Assembly (NCBI GenBank): GCA_030672305.1
Contig: DAOVGR010000039.1
Span: 2,651-66,650 of the forward strand
DNA: 64,000 nucleotides
Reading direction: 5' to 3'
Origin: Thermoplasmatales archaeon
Lineage (GTDB): Archaea; Thermoplasmatota; E2; DHVEG-1
This document shows, in pieces, positions 34,386-44,713 of the stretch (its first letter is position 1; the number at the start of each line of letters is the position of its first letter). The translations under genes and the position numbers were made by a program. Below the pieces are notes generated by a model. The model was not told the DNA's origin. It saw only the letters and a program-made list of their open reading frames with translations, and ran no database searches.

Positions 34386-35273
34386 TTAAAACTTAAACTT
34401 TTCCCCTGTGATTTTCTCATAAGCTTCTTTGTATTTATTTTGTGTTTCTTCTACAACATAATTAGGAAGATTTGGTGGATTTGAGTTTTTGTCCCAACCT
34501 GTGCTACTCAAATAATCTCTAACATACTGTTTGTCAAAACTTGGTTGTGATCTACCAGGTTTATATTTATCAGCAGGCCAAAAACGAGATGAGTCAGGAG
34601 TTAATAATTCATCAACAATAATAATTGTATCATCAATTTTTCCAAACTCAAATTTAGTATCTGCAATAATTATTCCTTTTTCTAATGCATACTCTGCTCC
34701 CTTATTGTACAACTCAAGAGATAAATCCTTAATTCTTTCTGCATCTTCGTTTCCTATCAACTTTTTCATTTCATCATAAGAGATATTGATATCATGGCCA
34801 GATTCAGCTTTTGTAGAAGGAGTAAATAAAGGTTCATCAAATTTATCAGATTCCTTTAGACCTTTTGGTAGATTAATACCGCATACAGAACCACTTTTTT
34901 GATAGGATTTCCATGCAGAACCAGAAATATAACCACGAACTATACATTCAACAGGAAAAACTTTTGCTTTTTTTACTAGCATGCTTCTTCCATTTAGAAT
35001 TTCTTTATGTTGCTTTAAATCATCAGGAAAATCTCCAATTTCTGCTGAAATAACATGGTTTTTAGCAGTATCTTTAAAAAAATCAAACCAAAATTTGGAT
35101 ATTTGCGTCAAACAAATTCCTTTATTTGGTATTGGTTCAGGTAGTACAAAATCAAAAGCAGATATTCTATCTGTTACAATAAGAAGAAGCTTATCATTTA
35201 CATCATAAACATCTCGAACTTTACCTTTTTTAAATGACTTTAATGGTAAATTAGTCTCTGTTACTACACTCAT
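34386..35273 (-). CDS. purC: SAICAR synthase
   Basis: KGKVRDVYD...LLIVTDRISAFD and later blocks are typical of PurC. The start is taken at the internal ATG (MSVVTETNL), which removes the overlap with metG. Confidence 0.88.
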   Translation of the reverse strand: MSVVTETNLPLKSFKKGKVRDVYDVNDKLLLIVTDRISAFDFVLPEPIPNKGICLTQISKFWFDFFKDTAKNHVISAEIGDFPDDLKQHKEILNGRSMLVKKAKVFPVECIVRGYISGSAWKSYQKSGSVCGINLPKGLKESDKFDEPLFTPSTKAESGHDINISYDEMKKLIGNEDAERIKDLSLELYNKGAEYALEKGIIIADTKFEFGKIDDTIIIVDELLTPDSSRFWPADKYKPGRSQPSFDKQYVRDYLSSTGWDKNSNPPNLPNYVVEETQNKYKEAYEKITGEKFKF

Positions 35274-35289
35274 AAAATCTCCCCTTTTA

Positions 35290-37425
35290 TTACAATATTT
35301 TTGCTCCTTTTTCAATTTTTTTATCTGAACTAATATCTCCCTTTTCAGTCTTTAACACTTTTCCATCATACGTTGCTTTTTGTTTATCATCTATCATCAT
35401 ATTAACTTTTTTGAAATCTTCAAATTCTAAAACCTTATCAGGTTCTGTTGTAACGCCTTCAATATAGACTTTTGATCCTGGACTAGAGTCGCCTGGATTT
35501 AATAGTGAACAAACACCTTTTCCGTTATCAGCGGCAAGTAGCATACCATTGGATTTAACGCCTCTAATTGTAGCAGGTTTAAGGTTTGTGACAATTACAA
35601 TAGATTTACCTTTTATTTCATCTCTAGAGTAGTGTGGTTTCATCCCTGCAACTATTACTCTTTTTCCGAGCTTTCCGAGATCTATAAGAAGTAGATATAA
35701 AGTACCAGCATTGGGATGATCTTTTACATCAAGAATTTTTGCAACACGTAAATCAAGCTTTGAAAATGCATCTTCGCCACTTGCAAAATCATTCAAATCT
35801 AATTTTTTAAATAATGGCATTGGTTTTTCAAGAATAGAACCTACCTTAAGTTCCTCAAAAGCCAAGTCCCAATTTACATTATGAATTGTATCTTTGTGTC
35901 CAAGGATTGACCATATCCTATCAGATGAATAGGGTAAATAAGGAGTCATAATTACAGCCAAAGCGTTTACAATTTTAAAACAAATATGAAGCACAGTTGC
36001 GCATGCTTCCTTATCGTTTTTTACAAGATTCCATGGTTGTTTTTGATCAAAATAAAAGTTACCAAACTGTGCTAGATTCATAGCTGCTCTGAGTCCCTGT
36101 TTGAAACTACAATTTTCAATTGAAGTTGCAACTTCTCTAGATGCCTCTTCAATTTTTTTAATTGCCTTGTTATCTAAATCATCAAGAGCCCCTAATTTTG
36201 GAATTTCACCAAAGTTTTTGTGTGTAAATGTGATAACTCTGTGTACAAAATTACCATAAGTTCCAACAAGCTCGTCGTTATTTTTTGCAACAAAATCATC
36301 CCACATCCAATTTGTATCTTTGTTTTCAGGCATGTTAATTGAAAGATAATATCGAATAGCATCAACGTCAAATTTCTCAAGAATATCTGGAACCCAGACA
36401 GCTGTTCCCCTGCTTTTTGAGAATTGCTCTCCTTTTAAACGTAGATACTCATTTGCTGGAATATCATATGGCAAATTCAATTCTTTTCTATAACCCATTA
36501 TTATTGAAGGCCAAATCAAAGTATGAAAAGGAATATTATCCTTTGCAAGGAAATAGTAATGTTTTGAATCAGTGTTTTTCCACCATTCTTCCCATTTATC
36601 TGGCTGTCCTTGTCTTTTTGACCATTCTTTGCTTGCTGAAAGATAACCGATTACTGCATCAAACCATACATAGATACGTTTATCTTCAAATCCATCAATT
36701 GGAACCTTTACACCCCAATTAATATCTCTTGTTATCGCTCTATCTTTTAATCCATCCTTTAACCAATTTTCAGTGAACTTAAAAACGCTAGGTTTCCAAT
36801 GATTTTTGTTCTTTATCCAATCAAGTAATTTTTTTTGAAATTTACTTAAAGTAAAAAATAGATGTTCACTTGTTTTTATTTCAGGAGTACCACCACATAT
36901 TTTACATTTTACTTCTTGAAGATCTTGAGGATCAAGTAATTTTCCACATTCATCACATTGATCCCCTCTTGCTTTTTCAGATTCACAATATGGGCATATT
37001 CCTTCTATGTATCTATCGGGAAGATACTTTTTACAATTATTGCAGTAAAATGCATCAACACTTTTATTGTAAATATATTTATTTTTGTAAAGAGTTAGAA
37101 AGATATCCTGCACTACTTCTGCATGATTATCTGTTGTTGTACGAGTAAAAAGATCAAAAGAAATACCCATCTTTTTCATATTTTCAGTGTGTTCTTTGTT
37201 ATATCTATCAACAATTGTTTGCGGTGTTGTTTTTTCATTTTCTGCAGTAATTGTTATAGGTGTTCCATGTTCATCACTGCCAGAAACCATCAAAACATCT
37301 TTTCCTTGCATTCTGCAAAATCTTGCGAAGATATCTGCTGGTAAGTAACAACCTGCGATATGTCCGAGATGAAGTGATCCGTTTGCATATGGCCATGCCA
37401 CACCGATATAAATTTTCTCCTTCAT
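35290..37425 (-). CDS. metG: methionyl-tRNA synthetase with C-terminal tRNA-binding domain
   Basis: HIGH-type PYANGSLHLGH, KMSKS-type KFSKSRG, zinc knuckles CPYCES...CDECG...CKICG, and a C-terminal Trbp111-like LDLRVAKILDVKDHPNA. Confidence 0.93.
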   Translation of the reverse strand: MKEKIYIGVAWPYANGSLHLGHIAGCYLPADIFARFCRMQGKDVLMVSGSDEHGTPITITAENEKTTPQTIVDRYNKEHTENMKKMGISFDLFTRTTTDNHAEVVQDIFLTLYKNKYIYNKSVDAFYCNNCKKYLPDRYIEGICPYCESEKARGDQCDECGKLLDPQDLQEVKCKICGGTPEIKTSEHLFFTLSKFQKKLLDWIKNKNHWKPSVFKFTENWLKDGLKDRAITRDINWGVKVPIDGFEDKRIYVWFDAVIGYLSASKEWSKRQGQPDKWEEWWKNTDSKHYYFLAKDNIPFHTLIWPSIIMGYRKELNLPYDIPANEYLRLKGEQFSKSRGTAVWVPDILEKFDVDAIRYYLSINMPENKDTNWMWDDFVAKNNDELVGTYGNFVHRVITFTHKNFGEIPKLGALDDLDNKAIKKIEEASREVATSIENCSFKQGLRAAMNLAQFGNFYFDQKQPWNLVKNDKEACATVLHICFKIVNALAVIMTPYLPYSSDRIWSILGHKDTIHNVNWDLAFEELKVGSILEKPMPLFKKLDLNDFASGEDAFSKLDLRVAKILDVKDHPNAGTLYLLLIDLGKLGKRVIVAGMKPHYSRDEIKGKSIVIVTNLKPATIRGVKSNGMLLAADNGKGVCSLLNPGDSSPGSKVYIEGVTTEPDKVLEFEDFKKVNMMIDDKQKATYDGKVLKTEKGDISSDKKIEKGAKIL

Positions 37426-37516
37426 TTAGAACACCTAGGCAGAATATCAGCATAACATTTAAATATGGCGAAAAGCTAATATATATGTATAAAAGAGAAA
37501 AATAAAATTGAAAAAT

Positions 37517-37655
37517 AGCACCATGGATGGTGCGTTAATCAATTAAGATTAATTCAGATTCAACCGCTTAATTCGTGTTTAATTTCAGATGTAAAAGCAA
37601 TTGTGTGGATTCACCACCTATTATTTGCTAGAAAGCGGATAAAGGTGCTGTTTTT
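37517..37655 (+). promoter_or_regulatory. candidate structured RNA or structured dnaG leader
   Basis: Nested complementary GC-rich segments sit in an AT-rich spacer. The pairs are AGCACC (37517..22)/GGTGCT (37644..49), CCGCTT (37564..69)/AAGCGG (37633..38), AGCAA (37596..600)/TTGCT (37625..29) and GTGG (37605..08)/CCAC (37614..17). A T5 run follows at 37651..55. Confidence 0.25.
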
Positions 37656-37683
37656 CGATGTATAATTTAAAAGGTGATAGTTT

Positions 37684-38946
37684 ATGGTAATAGATCCAGC
37701 AACAACGAAATATTTAATTAAGGCTTATATTAAAGCTGATGGTATCATTGAAAAATCTGATGTGGTAGGTGCCATTTTTGGCCAAACCGAAGGTCTTCTA
37801 GGTGATGAATTAGACTTAAGAGAATTACAAAGATCTGCTAGAGTAGGAAGAATTGAAGTAGAACTTGAATCAAAAAATGGTAAGAGTGAGGGTGTTATTA
37901 CTCTCCCAACCTCTCTTGATAAGGTTGAAACAGTCATCCTTGCAGCTGCTTTTGAAAGCATAGATCGAGTCGGACCTTGTAAAGCAACAATTACTGCTAA
38001 TCAAGTTGAAGATGTTAGAGTTGTTAGGCGAAAAAGGGTAATCGAGAGGGCAAAGGAACTGTTAAACAAAGTAATGGAAGAAGGCAAAGTAGAAGGAGAA
38101 AGTATAGCTGATAATGTAAGACAAGCTGTACAAGTAGAAGAAATTTCAAACTTTGGTACAGATCGCTGCCCTGCAGGTCCTAACATTGACAAAAGTGACG
38201 CGATAATAATTGTAGAAGGCAGGAGGGATGTACTTAATCTCTTGAAGTATGGTATTAAAAATATAATTGCTGTAGGTGGAACAAATATACCTAAAACTGT
38301 AATAGGTTTGACGAAAGAAAGAATATCAACTGCTTTTGTTGATGGAGATAGAGGCGGGGAATTAATATTAAAGGAACTACTTCAAACTGCTGATATTGAT
38401 TTTGTTGCACGTGCACCAGCTACTCGTGAGGTTGAAGAAATACCTCAAAAACTTATCATGAAGGCTTTAAAAAACAAGATACCTGCAGAACAATATGCTG
38501 AAATGTATGATATCAAATTTGAAAGAAAACATGATAGATCTGAGGAAGTTATAGAAAAATCTGAGAAAAAAATAAAAACTGAAGAAAAACTAAGTGAGGT
38601 AAAAGCTAAACCTGAGGTAGAAAAAAAAGAGAAATCAAAAGAAAGAATTATTTCTGATAAACAGAAAAAATATGGTAAAATACTTGATAATATTTCAGGT
38701 TCCTTAAAAGCAGTGCTTTTTGATAAAGATGATAAAGAAATTAAAAAGATTCCTGTAAGAGAATTAACTGATTCCCTTAAAAAAAGCGATAACATATCTT
38801 CTGTTGTGTTTGACGGTATTATAACTCAAAGACTTTTAGACATAGCAAGTACTAAAAATATTTCAGAAATTGTCGGTATTAAACTTGGAAATGTTGTAAA
38901 AAAGCCAATTTCTGTTAAGATTTGGACTAAAAAGGAACTTGATTAA
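37684..38946 (+). CDS. dnaG: archaeal DnaG primase-like protein (Toprim)
   Basis: The N-terminal YLIKAYIKADGIIEKSDVVGAIFGQTEGLLG block is typical of archaeal DnaG. Toprim motifs IIVEGRRDV and FVDGDRGGE. A K/E-rich linker precedes the C-terminal domain. Confidence 0.88.
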   Translation: MVIDPATTKYLIKAYIKADGIIEKSDVVGAIFGQTEGLLGDELDLRELQRSARVGRIEVELESKNGKSEGVITLPTSLDKVETVILAAAFESIDRVGPCKATITANQVEDVRVVRRKRVIERAKELLNKVMEEGKVEGESIADNVRQAVQVEEISNFGTDRCPAGPNIDKSDAIIIVEGRRDVLNLLKYGIKNIIAVGGTNIPKTVIGLTKERISTAFVDGDRGGELILKELLQTADIDFVARAPATREVEEIPQKLIMKALKNKIPAEQYAEMYDIKFERKHDRSEEVIEKSEKKIKTEEKLSEVKAKPEVEKKEKSKERIISDKQKKYGKILDNISGSLKAVLFDKDDKEIKKIPVRELTDSLKKSDNISSVVFDGIITQRLLDIASTKNISEIVGIKLGNVVKKPISVKIWTKKELD

Positions 38947-38979
38947 TTTTATTTCCTTTTTTTATTGTATATAAAGTAT

Positions 38980-40268
38980 GAGACTCCCGTCTATTTTTAG
39001 ACAGTGCACATCCCTTTTATAGGACATGCACTGTTTTGCATGTTTGAATCATTACATGCAAAAAGGGATGGTCTCTCAGTGTTTTAAATTTAATCCTCAA
39101 TTTACAGTTAAGGATATCTTTTTGGATAATCATAATTGGGATGTTTACAGACATAAGCATAAGGATGAACTCCGGCAGGTTGAGATTGAGGAAGTTGAGA
39201 AGATGTTGTTGTGTAAGGATGGTAGCCGTGGTTTTTTTGTGTATTATTGCCCATGTTGTGATGAATCTCGTATTGTGTATTTTGGTTGTAATAGTCGTTT
39301 GTGTTCCTGTTGCGGGAAGAATTATACGGATAAATGGTCAAAGTCGTTGAAAAAGGCGTTGTTTGATGTTACTCATCGTCATTTGGTGATGAGTGTTCCT
39401 GATTCATTGTGGCCGGTGATCAGGAGTCATCGTGAGTTGTTGAAGGTGTTGATGGATGCGGCTATTGCTGCTATTAATGATACATTGTCTTATTTTCTTC
39501 GAAGGGATGTAAGAGCTGGCGTGGTTGCGGTGCTTCATCCGTTTTCACGGGATCTTTCTTTTAAACCGCATCTTCATGTATTGGTAACGGAGGGTGGTTT
39601 TGATAAAAAAGGTCGTTTTGTTCCAAAGAAGTTCATTCCTGCAAAAGCGATGAGGAAAACCTGGCAATATCAGGTTCTCACCCGGTTTAAACAAGTACTT
39701 CCAAAAACAAAAAGTTATAGTGTGTTTATTGACTGTTTTTTCAAACGATATCCAGAGGGTTTTTATGTGCGTCTTCCTAAGGAAAGCAGAATTACTTCAA
39801 AAAGGATGATTGGTAAGTATGTTGCCAGGTATGTCCGTCATCCTGCTATTGCAAACACTCGGATTTGTGGGTATGATGGAAGTAGTGTTACTTTTTGGTA
39901 TAAGGATAATGATGGCGTAAAGCATGTTGTCACTATGGGTGTGTTTCAGTTTATTGAAGCTTTGATTCAGCATATTCCAGATCGTCAATTCAAGATGATC
40001 CGTTATTATGGCGCATATGCTAGGAAATGGAAATCAAAATTCAGGTTTTATCTACAGGAAAGTATAACTCAGTCGAAATTGAGTGATTTTCCTAAAAAAA
40101 GTGGTGTTAGATGCCCTATTTGCTATAATTTTATGGAATTTGTAATGTATTGGAAGAAAGGGCCACCTTTAAAAAGTGTATTTGGCAGTAAAATACATGA
40201 TTGGAACTACATTTCATCTAGTGTGGATGCTATTTAGGGGTTTTTAATTTGCCCGAAGGGCTTTCTTG
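38980..40268 (+). mobile_element. IS91-family (Y2 HUH, rolling-circle) insertion element; boundaries approximate
   Basis: The single transposase gene is visibly more G+C-rich than its flanks. The 5' flank has hairpins GTCTA-ttttt-TAGAC (38989..39002) and CAGTGCA-N18-TGCACTG (39002..39033). The 3' flank has hairpin GCCC-gaa-GGGC (40251..40261) followed by CTTG (40265..40268) and a T-run. Confidence 0.6.
39056..40237 (+). CDS. IS91-family transposase (zinc-binding N-terminus + Y2 HUH domain)
   Basis: Cys cluster YYCPCCDES...GCNSRLCSCCG, HUH motif KPHLHVLVTEGG, and tyrosine pair region MIRYYGAYARK. The track start at 39026 lies inside a hairpin, so the ATG at 39056 is preferred. Confidence 0.8.
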   Translation: MQKGMVSQCFKFNPQFTVKDIFLDNHNWDVYRHKHKDELRQVEIEEVEKMLLCKDGSRGFFVYYCPCCDESRIVYFGCNSRLCSCCGKNYTDKWSKSLKKALFDVTHRHLVMSVPDSLWPVIRSHRELLKVLMDAAIAAINDTLSYFLRRDVRAGVVAVLHPFSRDLSFKPHLHVLVTEGGFDKKGRFVPKKFIPAKAMRKTWQYQVLTRFKQVLPKTKSYSVFIDCFFKRYPEGFYVRLPKESRITSKRMIGKYVARYVRHPAIANTRICGYDGSSVTFWYKDNDGVKHVVTMGVFQFIEALIQHIPDRQFKMIRYYGAYARKWKSKFRFYLQESITQSKLSDFPKKSGVRCPICYNFMEFVMYWKKGPPLKSVFGSKIHDWNYISSSVDAI

Positions 40269-40383
40269 TTTTTTTTTTGAAACTCTGCAGTAATAATCCA
40301 TTTATATACTTTCTATAGAAAACCATAAAAAGGCAGATTATTATGTCATCATGTATAAAAAGGGGCGTGAGGGAAGTTGAATT

Positions 40384-40686
40384 ATGCAAAAAGATGAGCT
40401 CATTCAATTACATACGTTTTTATTACAATTAAAAACCCACCTGGAGGACATTGTTCAAAATAATGGTGGAGTTGAATTTCATGCTTATGTTAAGCTTGAC
40501 GTAACACCTTTTCAGGTTTACAAGTCTAAACGAGAACATAAATTAGCTGTTTTTACATTAAGTAAGGGAATAGCTGATCTTCTTTCAAATAACAATTGCC
40601 CTGGTTTAGAAAAGGTTTCTAATAGACTTGAACAAATGTCAGAGCGCTTTATGACTGAAAAAGAGAAAGCTCTTGTTAAGTCTTAG
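40384..40686 (+). CDS. UPF0058 family protein
   Basis: 100 aa. MQKDELIQLHTFLLQLKTHLE... matches the archaeal UPF0058 pattern as I recall it. Confidence 0.55.
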   Translation: MQKDELIQLHTFLLQLKTHLEDIVQNNGGVEFHAYVKLDVTPFQVYKSKREHKLAVFTLSKGIADLLSNNNCPGLEKVSNRLEQMSERFMTEKEKALVKS

Positions 40687-41120
40687 ATTTCTTTTATCAT
40701 AGTATATGCGTCTTCTCCACTTTGATAAAATTCTCTTTTTTTTTCCTTTATTTTAAAACCATGTTTCTGGTAAAATTTTATTGCAGCTTTGTTGTTAGTT
40801 CTAACCTCTAGTTCTATCCTTTTTATTTTTTCAATATATATTACCCTTAAAAATTGATTTAATAGTCCAGAACCAATGCTTTGTTTTCTATGATATTTTG
40901 ATACAGCAAGCATAAGTATTTTGGCATATTCAGGATTAATCTTTACTCCAATTAAAAATCCAATTATTTTATGGGCTTTTTCTGCTACTATAAATCCTTC
41001 TGGAAATGTCTCGTAGAAATAATTGAATAAACTTGGATTATATCTTTCTGTAAGTGTTTCTGATGCTAATTTTATTACTGAAAACATTTCTGTTGGTTGG
41101 AATTTTCTAATTGAAAGCAC
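40683..41120 (-). CDS. GNAT N-acetyltransferase (RimI-like)
   Basis: 145 aa. Acetyl-CoA-binding block VSKYHRKQSIGSGLL (R/Q-x-x-G-x-G/A). Confidence 0.75.
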   Translation of the reverse strand: MLSIRKFQPTEMFSVIKLASETLTERYNPSLFNYFYETFPEGFIVAEKAHKIIGFLIGVKINPEYAKILMLAVSKYHRKQSIGSGLLNQFLRVIYIEKIKRIELEVRTNNKAAIKFYQKHGFKIKEKKREFYQSGEDAYTMIKEI

Positions 41121-41207
41121 AATAAGATATCAGACTCTCCAATTATATAATATTTCGCTATAACGAAAGTTATATAAATCATTTATATATCCATATAAAT
41201 TATTAAT

Positions 41208-41996
41208 ATGGTTGAGGAAGCATTTTTTGTAAAAGCAGAAGATACTATCTTATTAAAAAAAGCAATAGCAATAAATTTGTATGGTAAACAAATTGAGCAA
41301 TCAAAAATATCTAAAATTTTAAATCTTACTCAGCCAATGGTTAGTAATTATTGTAGCTCAAATGAAAAGATTCCAAAAGACATTTGTAACTTGGCCGAAA
41401 AAATTTCAAAAATAATTACTAACGGGAATTCTACTAATTTTTTTACATGTGTTACTTTTTCTGACAATCCTTTTAACGGTCGTTATTACATTGCTGAAAA
41501 AAATGAAGTCATAAGTGATGAAAACAGTAATATTATCAATAATCTAATTGAGGCTTTTCTTTTACTTAAAGGAAAAGATATTAGTGGATTAATACCAGAA
41601 GTTAAAATAAATATTGCAATGGCAAAACAAAAAGCATTAAATTCAGAGGATGTTGCTGCATTTCTCAATGGTTTAATCATTGCAGATGATAAAGTCACAA
41701 ACAATAATGGAATACGATTTGGTAAAAGTAAACACCTTTCTTCACTTCTTATATATTTGAGGCATTATATCAACATAAATGCGATTATGAATGTTGCATT
41801 TATAGAAAATGTTGAAAAAACTAGTTTTTCTTATAGTCATTTATTAAAAGATTTTAAATTTGAAGGTGGTAAAAAAAATATTGATATTCTCTTGCATAAG
41901 GGAGATTTTGGTATTGAACCCTGTTCATATGTTATTGGAAAAAATGCAGTTGATGTTGTTAATAAGGTAATTAAGATAAATGAGGAATTAAAATGA
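41208..41996 (+). CDS. HTH + ThiN-domain protein, ThiR-like thiamine regulator (or ThiN-type TMP synthase)
   Basis: N-terminal HTH-like segment ([18 protein letters not shown]). The C-terminal ThiN-like domain runs [11 protein letters not shown]...DVAAF.NG...[12 protein letters not shown]...DFGIEP. It sits first in the thi4-thiE-thiC-thiL operon, which already encodes ThiE. Confidence 0.6.
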   Translation: MVEEAFFVKAEDTILLKKAIAINLYGKQIEQSKISKILNLTQPMVSNYCSSNEKIPKDICNLAEKISKIITNGNSTNFFTCVTFSDNPFNGRYYIAEKNEVISDENSNIINNLIEAFLLLKGKDISGLIPEVKINIAMAKQKALNSEDVAAFLNGLIIADDKVTNNNGIRFGKSKHLSSLLIYLRHYININAIMNVAFIENVEKTSFSYSHLLKDFKFEGGKKNIDILLHKGDFGIEPCSYVIGKNAVDVVNKVIKINEELK

Positions 41997-42820
41997 AATT
42001 AAAAGATGAAAAAATAACAAAAGCAATTGTCGAAAGATATATGAAAAAATTTATCGATAATTTAAATCAAGATGTGATAATTGCTGGTGCAGGACCTGCA
42101 GGACTAACAACAGCCTATTATCTAGCAAAAAAGGGATATAAGGTTTCAATTTTTGAAAGAAAGCTCTCAATAGGAGGAGGTATGTGGGGTGGTGGAATGA
42201 TGTTCAATGAGATTGTTGTTGGTGAAGCTGGTAAAAAAATCCTGGATGAATTTGAGATTAAATCAGTAAAATATGATGAAGGGTATTATACAGCTGATTC
42301 AGTTGAGGCAATTTCAACAATATGTTCTAAGGCTGTGAAAGCTGGTGTAAGGATATTTAATTGTATTTCTGTAGAAGATGTTATGATAGATAAAAATATG
42401 GTATGTGGAGTTGTAATAAACTGGAGTTCTGTTGATATTGCAGGTTTACACGTTGATCCGCTATCGGTTAGATCAAAATATGTTGTTGAAGCAACAGGTC
42501 ATCCCTTAGAGGTATTACAAATTCTTGAGAAAAAAGTCGAGGGTGATTTATTTACAAAAACTGGAAAAATAATGGGTGAGAAATCAATGAATGCTGATAT
42601 TGGAGAAAAAACTGTTGTAGAAAATACAAAAGAGATATACAATAATGTTTATGTTGTCGGTATGGCCGCAAATGCTGCTTTTGGAACAAATCGAATGGGT
42701 CCAATTTTTGGAGGAATGATGCTATCTGGAAAAAAACTTTCAGATATTTTAATAAAAAGATTAGAAAGTGAACAAAATCTTAATTCAAAAAAGATTGAAG
42801 GAATAGTTAATGTTGAATAA
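41993..42820 (+). CDS. thi4: thiazole synthase Thi4 (archaeal/eukaryotic type)
   Basis: [32 protein letters not shown] and VVEATGHP blocks. There is no Cys at the ATGH position, like the sulfide-dependent non-suicide methanogen enzymes. Confidence 0.85.
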   Translation: MKLKDEKITKAIVERYMKKFIDNLNQDVIIAGAGPAGLTTAYYLAKKGYKVSIFERKLSIGGGMWGGGMMFNEIVVGEAGKKILDEFEIKSVKYDEGYYTADSVEAISTICSKAVKAGVRIFNCISVEDVMIDKNMVCGVVINWSSVDIAGLHVDPLSVRSKYVVEATGHPLEVLQILEKKVEGDLFTKTGKIMGEKSMNADIGEKTVVENTKEIYNNVYVVGMAANAAFGTNRMGPIFGGMMLSGKKLSDILIKRLESEQNLNSKKIEGIVNVE

Positions 42821-43448
42821 ATTAGGTAATATTGATTTCTACATGATCACAGATTCTATTTTAACGAAAGCTGGGATAATTTCTGATGTAGAAAATGCTT
42901 TACGAGCTGGTTGTAAAATAGTTCAGTATCGTGAAAAGAATAAATGTACTAGGGATATGGTTAAGGAAGCAAAACGGCTAAAACAAATTTGTGAGGGAAA
43001 AGCTACGTTTCTTTTAAATGATAGAATTGATGTTTGTCTAGCAATTGATGCAGATGGAGTACATATTGGTCAAGAAGATATGGATTTTCATATGGTTAAG
43101 AAACTTGTTGGAAAAGATAAAATTATTGGACTGACAGTTCATAGTTTAGAAGAAGCTTTTGAAGCTGAGAGCCTTGGTCTTGAGTATATTGGCCTTGCTC
43201 CAATCTTTGAAACTGATACAAAAGAAAATACTCAAACTCCTTGTGGAGTGGAAATGATTAAAAAGATTAGAAATAAAGTAAATCTTCCAATTGTTGCAGT
43301 TGGAGGAATTGATAAAGAAAATGTTAAAGATGTAATACTTGCAGGAGCAGATTCTGCAGTATCAATTAAATCTGTTTTGATTTCTGATGATGTCTATAGT
43401 GAAATCAAAGATTTTATAAGAATTATTGGAGAGTGTAAATCAAGATGA
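42810..43448 (+). CDS. thiE: thiamine-phosphate synthase
   Basis: 212 aa TIM-barrel pattern (VQYREK..., [15 protein letters not shown]). Confidence 0.82.
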   Translation: MLNKLGNIDFYMITDSILTKAGIISDVENALRAGCKIVQYREKNKCTRDMVKEAKRLKQICEGKATFLLNDRIDVCLAIDADGVHIGQEDMDFHMVKKLVGKDKIIGLTVHSLEEAFEAESLGLEYIGLAPIFETDTKENTQTPCGVEMIKKIRNKVNLPIVAVGGIDKENVKDVILAGADSAVSIKSVLISDDVYSEIKDFIRIIGECKSR

Positions 43449-44713
43449 CACAATTAGAGATGGCAAGAAACAATGAAATTTCATATGAAATGGAAATTGT
43501 ATCGGAGAAGGAAAGGATAGATGTTAAGGATTTAATGAAAAAAATTGCAGAAGGAAGAATTGTTATCCCTGCATCAAAGCTTCATAAAAATCTTAATCCA
43601 ATAGGTATTGGTGAAGGATTAAAAGTAAAAATTAATGCAAACATTGGTTCCTCTCCCGATAGAGCAGATATAGATCATGAGCTTGAAAAGCTTAAGATTT
43701 GTATTGATGCTAAAGCAGATACTGTTATGGACCTAAGCACTGGTGGAGATATTGATAGAATTCGCCGTGAAATAATAATAAATAGTGAAATTCCTGTTGG
43801 AACAGTACCTGTTTATCAAGCTGCTTGTAGAGTTGATGATGTTGTTGAGCTTGATGAGAAAGATTTTATTGATGGGATTAGAAAACATATCGAGGATGGT
43901 GTAGATTTCATTACCATTCATGCAGGTCTTGTGAGAAGTTCTATTCCATTTATTAAAGAGCGGATGATGGGTGTTGTAAGTCGAGGGGGTGCATTAATTC
44001 TCAAATGGATGATGCGTCATAAAAAAGAAAATCCTCTTTATGATAATTTTGATGATATTTTAGATATGGCTAAACGATATGATGTGACATTAAGCCTAGG
44101 TGATGGACTTAGACCAGGTTGTTTAAAAGATGCAACTGATAAAGCACAGATTTCTGAGTTAAAGGTTATTGGTGATTTGACTCTAAAGGCCTGGGAGAGA
44201 GATGTTCAGGTTATGGTTGAGGGACCAGGCCATATTCCTTTGAATCAGATTGAAAAAAATATTAGACTTGAAAAAGAAATATGTCATGGTGCACCTTTCT
44301 ATGTTCTTGGTCCTCTTGTAACAGATATTGCACCAGGTTATGATCATATAACTAGTGCAATTGGTGGATGTCTTGCTGCTTATTATGGTGCTGACTTTTT
44401 ATGTTATGTAACTCCTGCTGAACATTTAGGATTACCTAATGTCGAGGAGGTTAAAGAAGGAGTAATTGCCTCTAGAATTGCAGCACATGCTGCAGATGTA
44501 GCTAGGGGACTTGATGGTGCTATTGACTGGGATAATGAGATGAGCAAGGCTCGGTCGAACTTAGATTGGAAGAGAATGCTTGAACTTTCAATAAATCCAG
44601 AATTTGCAAGAGATATTCGTGAGAGATGCACTGATGTTGATGAAGAGGTTTGTTCTATGTGTGGTAGGTTTTGTTCTGTAAAAACAAGTAAGAGTGCTAT
44701 CAATGAAAGTTAA
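43445..44713 (+). CDS. thiC: phosphomethylpyrimidine synthase (short archaeal form)
   Basis: Conserved blocks TVMDLSTGG, FITIHAG, EGPGHIP and LGPLVTDIAPGYDHITSAIG. C-terminal Fe-S motif CSMCGRFC. Confidence 0.92.
   Translation: MTQLEMARNNEISYEMEIVSEKERIDVKDLMKKIAEGRIVIPASKLHKNLNPIGIGEGLKVKINANIGSSPDRADIDHELEKLKICIDAKADTVMDLSTGGDIDRIRREIIINSEIPVGTVPVYQAACRVDDVVELDEKDFIDGIRKHIEDGVDFITIHAGLVRSSIPFIKERMMGVVSRGGALILKWMMRHKKENPLYDNFDDILDMAKRYDVTLSLGDGLRPGCLKDATDKAQISELKVIGDLTLKAWERDVQVMVEGPGHIPLNQIEKNIRLEKEICHGAPFYVLGPLVTDIAPGYDHITSAIGGCLAAYYGADFLCYVTPAEHLGLPNVEEVKEGVIASRIAAHAADVARGLDGAIDWDNEMSKARSNLDWKRMLELSINPEFARDIRERCTDVDEEVCSMCGRFCSVKTSKSAINES

Noticed and set aside
41121-41207. TPP riboswitch upstream of the thiamine operon.
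   Set aside because: The spacer is only 87 nt, almost entirely A/T, and lacks the conserved CUGAGA/ACCUGA-type elements. Regulation by the ThiR-like protein is more plausible.
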